DNA of 64,000 bases from Tubiluchus corallicola (Eukaryota; Animalia; Priapulida). The translations under genes were made by a program, and so were the position numbers. Every line of letters starts with the position of its first letter. Position 1 is the first letter of the stretch. The DNA lies in NCBI GenBank assembly GCA_030141605.1, contig JAQGDQ010002380.1, positions 310,001-374,000 of the forward strand. Direction: 5' to 3'. Positions 29,172 to 40,300 of this stretch are shown one piece after another. The notes under the pieces are model-generated. The model was given only the letters and a program-made list of their open reading frames with translations. It was not told the DNA's origin and searched no databases.

Positions 29172-31296
29172 TAATGCTTATTGGGGAATCGCGACGTGAC
29201 GTGCAGAAATTGCTGAAATTCTAAACAATATTTTAAAAACAGGCACATTTCCGCAGGATATTCATAAAGGAATACTTATCCCTTTACCCAAGCCAGGTAA
29301 GAAACGAGGTCCTATATAAAATCTTAGACCATTGATGTTGCTTACACTACTATACTAAGGAAGATCTGTACCGTTACCGTCGAAGGATAGAGGTTAAGCA
29401 TACATAGCTTATAAACCTCTCCACTCTTCCTTGTTTACTTTGTCAATATTAAGAATACATAATGGGTGGCGACACTACGATCACGAAGCGAAGCATAGGG
29501 TTTCTTGTTGCCATTGTGGCAACCTGGGGTCTATATATTTTTCAGCATTGTTTTTCCAAAATCTATGGAGACGAGACTTAAACTGGGCAGGATTGGGTGC
29601 TTGTATTACATGGTCAGGCAGCTTGTTCCACTCATTAATTACTCGCCTTGCGAATGTGAATCTTCTTCTGTTCCACCTTTTGGGAACTGTTCTCTTCTTG
29701 ATTTTGTAGGAGTGACCTCTGGTACCATGATATGTCTGTCGGTGAAAAAATATTTCACTGTTGATGGTTTCTATGCCTTTAAGAATACGGAATGTTTGGA
29801 TTAAATCTTGTCTTTTGCGTCTGTATTTCAGAGTTGTAAGGCCGAGAATCTTAAGTCTTGCAACATACGGTAAATGAGAAATGGCAGGTACAAGTCTAGT
29901 AGCTCGACGTTGTATACTTTCAATTTTTCTTATCATGTCTTGACGATTTGGGCTCCAAATCACATCACCATAATCCAGAATAGGACGAACGATTGATTTA
30001 TATAGTTTGGTCGCCACTGTATGTTGACTAGGATCTATGACAGGTTACACACTTACATTCCAACAAGCCAAGCAGCATATCAACCAGGACGGAATACTAC
30101 TGAATTAGTACAAGCCTGTAAATTACTAGCCGGAAAAGCCATCTCTTCTGCTGATTACTCAATACATATTCATGATCGATATGTCAAAGGCCTTTGATTG
30201 TGTGCGGAGAAAAACTCTGCTATGCTGCCTGGAAGAAATCCTTGAACCTGATGAAATATACATCATAAGTATAATGTTAGAAAATTTATTAATTCAAGTC
30301 AGGTGTGAAGGGAAATTGAGTCAGCCGTTTTCTACAGACAAAGGAGTACCTCAGGGTGACTGCCTAAGCCCTGTACTTTTCACTTTATATCTTGCCATAG
30401 CTCTCACTGAGGACAAAGTTATACCATTGAAAGACCTAGAAGATCACAACTACACAATTCTTGATCCTGAATTAATACCGAATGAAGTAAGACAAGAATG
30501 CAGTTACAGTTCTCTACAAAGTAAGTCAACTACTATATCTATGCAGTATGCTGATGATGTGGCATGGATTACAAGAAACAAAGAAGACGTAGATGAAATA
30601 AAAAACTCAATAGAGGAGAAACTGAACAGAATGGATCTCATTGTAAACAAAAATAAAACTGAAGAGTTTCACATAACACGCCATGGTGATGAATCATGGC
30701 AAAGATGCAAGTATCTCGGTAGTCTGCTGACAACAGAAGACGACATATCAAGACGGAAGATAATGGCATTATCAGTTTACTCAAAACTTAAAAAAATTTC
30801 TTTGGAAACAAAAATTAGAATATTCTCAGCCTTAGTTGAAACTGTATTTCTATATAACTCTGAGCTCTGGACATTAAAAGCAAATCATAAAGCTGAAATC
30901 GATGCGTTTCAAAGGCGAAATTACAAAAACATGTTGGGTATTAGATGGCCAAAGAAAATTTCAAACAAAGATCTATATGAAACAATAAAAGAAGAACCTT
31001 GGACAAGAAAAATAAAAAGACGCCGTTTAAGATGGATTGGGCATATGCTTAGACTACCTGATGATACTCCAGTGAAGATAGCTCTTCAACAAGCCATAGA
31101 ACCAGCTAAAAAACCTGCAGGAGGACAAATGTTAACATATTTAGATTTTGCACAAAAAGATTTAAACACTTTAGCATTGATCCTTAGAAATAAATCTACT
31201 TGGGGCATTGCGGCGAGCAGGGAGTCCTGGCATAGGGAGGTGAACAGAATCATGTCACTGGATGTGTGATTCATTGGATCATGATGATGATGATGA
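29172..31296 (+). mobile_element. 5'-truncated RTE-like LINE (reverse transcriptase), interrupted by a CR1-type fragment
   Basis: GILIPLPKPGK..NLRPL (about 29270-29335); QAAYQPGRNTTE; ORF 30172-31269 with DMSKAFD, GVPQGDCLSP, YADD, KYLGS, RLRWIGHMLR; (ATG)n tail at about 31279-31296. Confidence 0.9.
29371..30016 (-). mobile_element. 3' fragment of a CR1/L2-group LINE
   Basis: ORF 29481-30017 with LYKSIVRPILDYG.VIWSP, IESIQRRATRL, TRGHSYK, FARRVINEWNKLP; short ACGGTA-repeat tail; CTGTA duplicated at both junctions. Confidence 0.9.
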
Positions 31297-32280
31297 CATA
31301 GAGGAATTACAAGATGCAGAATGTACGATCAGCTGCCGTTTAGAAAAATATAATCTTAAAGTCAGCAATAGAAAGACTGAAGAATACCATATTCGAAGAG
31401 GAGGTAATTATTCATGGAAATGATGTAAATACTTTGGTGGCTTGTTAGACACCGAAGCTGACATACAAAGAAGGAAATTTCTTACATTGTCTGATTATAC
31501 AGATGTCAACGGTTTTTGAAAACAATAGACTGTCTCTTGAAACCAAAGCCCAGATCCTTTCATCTTAGTTGAATCTGTGTTTTTGTACAGTGTTGACCTA
31601 TGGGCAATAAAATTTAAGTAACAGAAGGAAATTGGCACTTTTCAAAGACATCTCTATAGAAATTACTCGCAATTAAATGGCCTGACTGAATATCTGCTTT
31701 ACAGTCTTTTTTACAATGACATCAGGACCTAGAGTTCAACTCGTTAAGGTCCCTTCTCATATTCATTTTAAATTTATCGATAGCGTTTGATGATCAGTAT
31801 AATGTGGTGAAGAAGAATCCTTGGAGTAAACAAATACAAGTAAGAAGATTGCTTTGGTTTGGTGGCAGCAGTGCATAATGCGTGGCATCAACAAGTGAGA
31901 TGGGCCGTGTTATTTTTAGAACATAGCAGCACAGAAACGACGACGAACATATTTTAATATTCCTTGGTTCAAACGACTTTAGTCCAAAAGTCGAGCTCCG
32001 AACATCAAGATGGCTAGCATATGTTCTCTAATTACCAAGTAAAGCATAAGTAAGAATTGCCTTAAAGGAATCCTTAAAGAACCTTGCAAAAAACCATATG
32101 TCAAATGAAAAACAACGTGGACAGCTAAGTAAGATAAATAAAGATGTTCAATAACTTTAACCCATTTATCTTTAGGAGTAGAAGAACTTACCGCACTAGC
32201 TGCAGATAGGAGTAGATGGAATGCTCTAATGAATGGTAATGCCTCAATGTCTACAACAGATGGAAGAGACTTTGAAGACC
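31297..32280 (+). mobile_element. Old degraded RTE-like LINE remnant
   Basis: Frameshifted LEKYNLKVSNRKTEEY, CKYFGGLLDTEADI, LVESVFLY..DLW, KWP; paralogous remnant at 48447-48556 plus 49562-49945. Confidence 0.7.
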
Positions 32281-33920
32281 ATCTTTTATTTTAGAATTCT
32301 GACTGCCTAGTGGGTCACTGATTCAAACCCAGGCTCAGTGTAGTCAAGTTTGATACCAAAATTCAGCAGTTGAGGTTTTATATAAACACATTTTATTTTT
32401 CATGACCTTTAGTATTAAAAAAAATCTGATTGATAAACATTAGTAAGGAATTGTGCAGTTACTGTGTTTAGGTAAATACGAGGGTCAAGCACATATAAGC
32501 ACATATTTAAAACAGTTTAAACAAGTGTCAGAAATAATGCTTGGGCCTTTATTTGCTTTAATTGTCTTCGAACATTGAGAAACGTCCAGCTGAGATTTAG
32601 TAGCGCTTAAACTGTACAGACCGTGAAAAGAACCTACCGATCATTAAACTAGATCAGTGTCGTAATAAACTTGAATAATTTCCATTGTCAAATCTGTGGT
32701 GAAATTACAATCAAGGTGAATAAGGTAAATAACAAGTATGATTGATCTGCTCTCATCTGACCTACTAATTCGCGTTAATTAAGCGGTTCTTTAACATAAT
32801 TGTGCTACGTTATTAAATATGAGAGTCGTAATTAGGTTTAACGATAGGCTATTTGATTAATTCCGCCTTAGGAATGAGTAAGTACTATAATATAATGTTC
32901 ACACATTTACATTCAGATATCCACATTTTAACAGCGACAGTGCATCAACAACAATCTAGTGATACAAATGTTAAACTAAAACATTACTGAAAGTTTACGA
33001 TTTTGTAGTTTTTATAAGTTTCTGTGCTATATATGCCCCCATCCCTCCCACTCCTAGCATTCATCAGACATTTCAACAGATAGTACATATACTTCATATA
33101 CATCTTCGTCATTGATTGGGATTGTAACACTTCATTAATAAATATTTATGCTGGTTTTTCAAAATGTTTATTTGTAACATAGTATTTGTTCTTCATTTTT
33201 GTATAGTCATTGACATAAAACAGTGCAATAGCTTGTGCATATGAGCTAGTAGTGTAATCAGTGTCTGCCAAATTGAAGCCTGACTCAGACCTGAATAATA
33301 AAAGACTGTCGAAAGGTGTTTAGGACGATTGCCTTATACAGAGGGAGAGGAAAGGGATTACAAAGTAGAGTACACAGATGTCCTGTTCTCATAAAGATCT
33401 GAATAATTAGTATGTAGAGTAACATTCGTTTCTGGCTATTGAAGTTTGCCTTTACAAATACGCTGTATCAGTTTGCTACACGACACAGATTACATGCTCA
33501 CCCCAATGCTCAACTCAAACCAGCAGTATGCTAAGAATCCAGAAGTACATGCCGCATACACGCCGTACATACATAACATACGTTCATAGATAGAATACAT
33601 GTGCACATAGCTCCACAATTGATTACCTGCATATGTTATCACAAGTGGTATTTCCAGCGATTTAATTTGCTCATCATTATTTTTTGTCTGTTTATCATTA
33701 CCATGCCCACTAGAACATAAATATAATTTACATTTTTAAGTATGTCAACTTTAGAAATGTCGTGATCCACATAACAGCACCTCTTTGAACTTTTGGAAGT
33801 TTAAAATTAGAACATTGCACTGAGTGCAGTCAGAGTGCAAAAATCAGGCTTAAGGCGTCTGAAATCATTAGGTGAAGTGTTAAATGTTTTAAGTTTTTTG
33901 GTAGATGTTTACGATCTAAC

Positions 33921-34275
33921 TGTTGTGGAGATCGCTGACGTCAAGTAGAATTGCACAGAACGTCGTAGAATGTTCTGTCGGGATGACCGCTTTAGCGTCT
34001 GGATTGTTCTCGAACATTTGTTCCAGAAGTTTCTGCAGTGCGCTATATAAGGCGAAGCAGGCTGCCGACAGGGGATCGCACGCAGATCTAACACGGACTT
34101 ATACTTACGCATTTATACTTACTTAAACGTTTTCCAGATTTTCACGTTTATTGTAATCATTTCAACGTTCCTTCATCTTTTGTATAGTAGAATTCTCGCT
34201 AAATAAAGCAGTTTTATTTGACGGCGTGTTTTCTGGTTTTCTCTACGAGCCTTTCGAGAGAAACTAAACACAACA
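33921..34275 (+). mobile_element. Solo LTR (BEL/Pao-like termini)
   Basis: TGTTGTG...CACAACA termini; 5-bp TSD CTAAC (33916-20, 34276-80); TATATAA at 34044; AATAAA at 34202; empty site in unit 2 at about 50069-73. Confidence 0.9.
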
Positions 34276-34370
34276 CTAACTTGTATATTAAGTAATACGA
34301 TACAGACAACATACTAGATTAAAAATTTCTAGCTTCATATTTGCATTTTGTTTCTACTCAACAGACCAAG

Positions 34371-37300
34371 ATGACAAGTTTAAATAAGGGATGCACGTTG
34401 CCTTTATATGTGGTGGATGCTTTCACAAGCCAGGCATTTGCTGGAAATGCTACTGTTGTATGTCTAGTGTCACACAATCAGGTAAATTAATGATCTGTCA
34501 TTAACAAACTTTTCGTCTTAATCTGTTGTCAGCTATTTTTATTGCACTGTTCTTCACTGCAAATAACTTGTGATCCTATAGCACAAAATCAAAGTCAATG
34601 TATGTGGCTTAATCGCACTCTTATTTATGTAAAGATACGAGTTTTTAACTACTAACTGATAATGTTTCTTGTTATTTATTTATGCGATTAACTCAATTAA
34701 TCTACTGTGTTACAATAAATAAATCATTATATTATAATATTTAAATCACAGGCTTGCATAATAAAAATCACTGGTTTCCTTTTAGAAATATTGAAACAAA
34801 TTTAACAAGTTAGATGAAAATAAAAGTGTCCATTTGGTCACAGCTGAAATCAATTTGTAATCAATTAAACTTATAACATCAGTCATAATAATGTCAGGAT
34901 AATGGTGACTGTGCCTTTCAGTTATGTTTGTATTTGGATCTATTATAACAGTAGGTGTTTTTCATAAAGCGTTAGTATAATTTTAAGTGAGAATTACAAT
35001 GAGTATCAATGCAGAAAATGCATTTTGTTGTTGTTGTTGTTTCCGTCTCTACTGAGGCTTTGTAGTTTCTTTTTGCAATTAGAATAGATATTCTGTGTAT
35101 TATTTGAACTGTACAAAACAGCAGATATGTTATATGTTCAAAATGTATCCCAAACTGCCCAAAAGCTGTGTTGTTTTTATTAGTTGAATTGTGGTGTAAT
35201 CTGCATTTCTTGGGTTATATTATTAAATGGCTGTAGACATTGTGATGTATATAGTCCTTCGGTTATTCTATTTTAGGTAATCGACGATGCAAAAATGCAA
35301 AAAATTGCTTTCGAAATGAACTTGCCGATAACCGGTTTCATTGCACTGCCAACAGAAAACGATTCGTTCAAGAATTCTTCCCGTTTTGGTCTACGATGGT
35401 TTACCCCTGCCTGCGAATTCCAACTGTGCGGTCATTCCACTCTTGCTGCTGCCACGGTGCTTTTCTCTTGTGTTGGTAAATTTGCTAAGCAGGACAGAAA
35501 TGTAAATCTAGAAGCTGAAGCTGAGTCAGTTGCTACTAAATCAGCTGAGTCACACAGTAAATCAGCTAGCTCGGCTGAAACTGAGTCAGTTGCTACTAAA
35601 TCAGCTGACACTCACAGTAAATCAGCTAACTCGGCTGAAACTGAGTCAGTTGCTACTAAATCATCTGACACTCACATAGTAAATCAGCTAGCTCGGCTGA
35701 AGTAATTTTAATGTTGTAATTGTAATTTTAAACAAACAAGCATACAAAAACATACGTAAACTTGATAAAATCCTAAACAAAAAAATCTTTGCTTACGAAT
35801 AGCCTAAATTGCTGCAGTTCAAGAATATGCCGGTACATGGTTTTTAAGAACGTGACAACTGACAACTGTGTGAGTGACAGTACTTTCTCTACCTTACTGC
35901 AGATGCTAGCAGTGCAGCACCATCATGTGCTCTGGTTCCGTACAAGTATAAAGAAAGAACTAAAGAAAAAAGACTTATTGTATTGAATATTATCGATAAT
36001 ATTGAGTGAAAATAGGGGGCGCTGCAGTTCTGATACTTATACACAACCGCCACTGTGCTGCATAAACACTAGGCCAAGTTGACCAAAACCTAAATTTTCC
36101 TAAGTGAACTTGGTTCAGGAATTGACACTTATGATTACTCCTTCAGTGGCTTACTTACTGGAGTTCACCATTACGAATGACAGATTGTGATTCTTATGTC
36201 CTGCAGCAACAATTTAGTGTTAGTTTGAATAGTTCTATTTGTGAACTGGTTTAAGTGATTCGACAGCACGCCCCTTTATATGCCATATATCTCTCATAAT
36301 TTATGTACTCGCGATGTTAAAAAAATCTCCTGGCTTATAATCTGGCAACTCTAGCAATGGATTTATTGAAAATATAATTTAAATCCAACCCTTGGCAAGG
36401 CTTATCTGGATTACCAACAAATCAATACTAAACACCAAAATGATCCCATACCTGTGGCTAATGTTGCCTATTTGTGCATTTTATTTAATTTTGAATTGAC
36501 TGCTTTCTCATTCAAAAATTTCTGAAGTTTAGTATCTCTGCCAGCACACGTACAATATGACCGCATTGCAACCAGTGATTTCATCATCATCATAAGCCTG
36601 TTACATTATTTCTAGACATTGGGCAGGCAAAATTCTAAAATAATAGAAATCTGTCCTCAAAACAGGTAAACACAGCAGTAATCTAACAAAAACTGGACAC
36701 TGCTATGCCAGTGACTTTTTCGCAAGAGCAAAAATCATCACAGCCGGCAAAAATGTCAGCTACCTCGACTTCCGTCACCGAGCGGCTGGCACGACTAAAG
36801 CTGGGTTTCTTATCGGCTAGGTCGACTGTAGAAATAAACCGGCTGGAGCTGAGCTGAAGCGGTACGGCTCTGGCTTCTATGGCGATCCCATAAGTATTTT
36901 TCACGTTGTCTTGAAAATCAGGGAGTTTTTATTTGCCAACCTAATACCAAACGAATTCACTGTGAATTTATTTGTGTGCTAATGTGTTTACTTCAAATAA
37001 GCTTCCATGCAGTTTTGCTTTTTTTTCTTCTATTGCTTGGAGATTGTGTGCCTTTTTTTGCATTTTAGGACTTAAAGCATTCCGCTGTTTTCAGTTCTCA
37101 TCATATTTGGCATTTTCTTAGGAGACTGTCAGCTTTCCCTTCTTTTTATCTGCACTTTAAAAAATTGGAAAAGAAAAATAGTGCCTGTTAACCATATTCT
37201 AAACCATATTCTATTCAAATAATGAAATTACAATTAGGCATTGCAATATTTGATTGTATTGCTAATCCACTAATGCTACGATTAGGCTCTAAATATTTGT

Positions 37301-40300
37301 GAAATTGATAATCATTATGATAGGCAGGTCTGAAATTAAAAGGCAGCTAGTGAATATATCTACAGCTATGTAAATTATTACAGGTAACGAATTTACAGAG
37401 ATTACATTTGATACGCTGAGTGGACCACTTGTTGCCAGAAAAAAAGAGGACAATATGATTCTGCTTGATTTTCCTGCTAATCCAACTATTAGTGTTAACA
37501 AGGAAAATGTGAAAGAGCTTTTAAAGGTACCTACTCTTTTGAATGAGCTGTAAAACAAGTTTGCTTGGGTTTTTGTTGTAAGTAATTTTATCATTGAAGC
37601 TTTTAGCAGGTAGGTGGTTGACAGTTTGGAAGACATTCTGACACCTTGGTATATTTATGTATTTTAGGAAATTTCCAGGCTTACTCGTTTTAACTGTGTG
37701 TGCTGGCCATGTTTTTCAAATGTATCATATGGGCTGTTTTTTTGGTCAATAGCTAAATTGCAGCTTTGCACAGACTTTTTTGAAGGCATATTACTTAGTA
37801 TTATCTTACTTGTATTACTTAGTATTACGCTTTCTTGCCTGCAATACTCATGTAAATAGAAAAGACACATTTTCTAGCTTTATGTAAGTAAAGGGCTTTC
37901 TTGCCTGCAATACTCATGTAAATAGAAAAGACACATTTTCTAGCTTTATGTAAGTAAAGGGCTTTCTTGCCTGCAATACTCATGTAAATAGAAAAGACAC
38001 ATTTTCTAGCTTTATGTAAGTAAAGGGCTTTCTTGCCTGCAATACTCTTGTAAATAGAAAAGACACATTTTCTAGCTTTATGTAAGTAAAGGGCTTTCTT
38101 GCCTGCAATACTCATGTAAATAGAAAAGACACATTTTCTAGCTTTATGTAAGTAAAGGGCTTTCTTGCCTTTTATGACAATTTTTTGGTGTTTTAATTAA
38201 CCCTATTCAGTTTTTGAATTTACCTGAAGAGGGGGACAGCATGAGAGGAGCATGGAAATTATTCAAAGGTGGGACGGGGTGGGGTGGTTACAGTAATGGT
38301 GGCAGTGAAGCGCTTGCTGTTACTTTATTGTTTCTTTTTACTGGCTGTTACACACCCGTGCATGCATGCACACGCACGCACACACCCACACACACACACT
38401 GTTACATAATATAGTAAAGTATATCATATCACTCTTTTCGGTGATTCTAGATTGCATAGCACTCCTACAATAGGACTAGTTGAAGTTTAGCAAACAACTA
38501 TCACAATTACTAACCTGACATTCTGTGCATTAAATTTAGAAATCCACAGATTAAAGATACGAGACAATGCCGCTATGATAAAACTAAGGGTGCATTCAGA
38601 CTAGCGAGTTTTCTGTTGGGAGTTTTTCTCTAACACCAAACTTGCAAGTGTGAACTGCTTTGCGAGTTACTATCGACAAGTCATTGCACACTTTCAGACA
38701 GTTGCTACGAAATGATTTCCTGTTTAGTGTGAACAGTCTCAGCGAGTTACTCTTGACACTGCTCCCAGTGAATAGAGGAGGAGTATCAGCTGGTGTTTAC
38801 TTCATGCTGGAGAATTTTGTTCTTTAGTCTGAACGTGCTTGCGAGTTACTTGGCGAGAAAATTTGCTAGTATGAATGCTTCATTACTCTCAAAAGCAGTG
38901 CGACAAAATATCAACATTCTTGCAACAGTCAAGTCATCTAAATTCTTCTTTGTAAAAAGTATTTTGGTCCAAACTTTAATACACTGTAGAATCTTACGTG
39001 AATGTTTTTTATAATACAGGTACTTGTTGGAGATTTACCTATTGTTGATGTGGAGTATGCTCCTGTTATACAACAAATGATTGTGTGTCTTCAAGATTCT
39101 GTGTCCAGGTGTGCATGTTGATAATTTTTTATTTGGTTTGTCGTGTGTCATTCGTTTTGCACTTTTCATTTGCTTTCATGTTATTATACATACTATAAAA
39201 TTGCTGCAAATTGCACAAATCTGCAATTAATCTCTATTTCTATGAAGTGTGTTTGTGTATGTTTGTTTATTTGTTTGCTATAAAGTCCTGTTTTATTTAT
39301 TTAACTTAAAATTTGGTCTATTAAGTTGCTAATACATCACACTCCCCATTGAATTATGGGATATGTACAGTTATGTGCAGAAATCAATTAACAAAAGCTG
39401 AAGTCAGTCTACTTTTTAACTTTTGGCAGGAGTTCTACTTACATGAAAAAGAATTTAAAATACACTATGTTTCAGTCCATTGTTGGGTTCATTCTCTCAT
39501 TGTCTCATTTTTCATTCATTAGTCATTGATGTTATTATTGTTGTAAGTATAAGGCTTCATGTGTGTGTGTGTGTTTTACCTTCAGGCAAGGACTACTATA
39601 CAACAGGACGTGCACAGTCAGATCTCTGATTCCGCCAGCGGAGGCGATCAATACTTGTAATGAACGTAATCTAGAAATAGTGCGCTTTAGAGAGTAGTGA
39701 TCTTGGAAATTAAAGAATGGACGGATCGGTAGATAGCGAGTATTATTTTTCATTTAATTGGTTCTTTACATTACGGGAGAAAAGTTCCAATTGTTTATTT
39801 TATGTATCAAAGGAAATTAGTGTTCATTTTTACTTCTTAAATAGCGCACTACTTTAGGCGTAAGTGTGTTTTACCGGAAGTAGTGCTTTGTCATTGTTAA
39901 TGTGTCATTGTTCAAAGTCAAGTGAAGCGTTGTTTTCGTGCTTGTGTTTGTTTCTTTTGGGATTATTTTCAAAATTTCTCGTGGATTTTATACATCTGTG
40001 CTCAGCAGCATGCCTAACAAGGTAACTATGACACGGAGAACAAGTGTCGTGTGTTCAGACTGCCAAGAGATCATGTAGAAAAACAGAAATGGCTAAGTGT
40101 TCTTCCCCCACGCGAAGGCTTTGTTGTTGATCCATCGAAATTTTTCATTTGCGAAAAGCATTGGCCATCGGATACTCAAATAGTCAAAATTCCAGGTGGT
40201 CACACCAGCCAGTGGATCCACCCAGTATTTTCAACGTTCCAACATCATGCTTGCCCACTCCAAAGCCACCACCTCGCCCTCCAAAAACTGAGGACCAGCA

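Noticed and set aside
35476-35705. Ser/Ala/Thr-rich 20-aa repeat extension of ORF 35295..35705
   Set aside because: Read-through past the exon-2 donor into an intronic transposon repeat.
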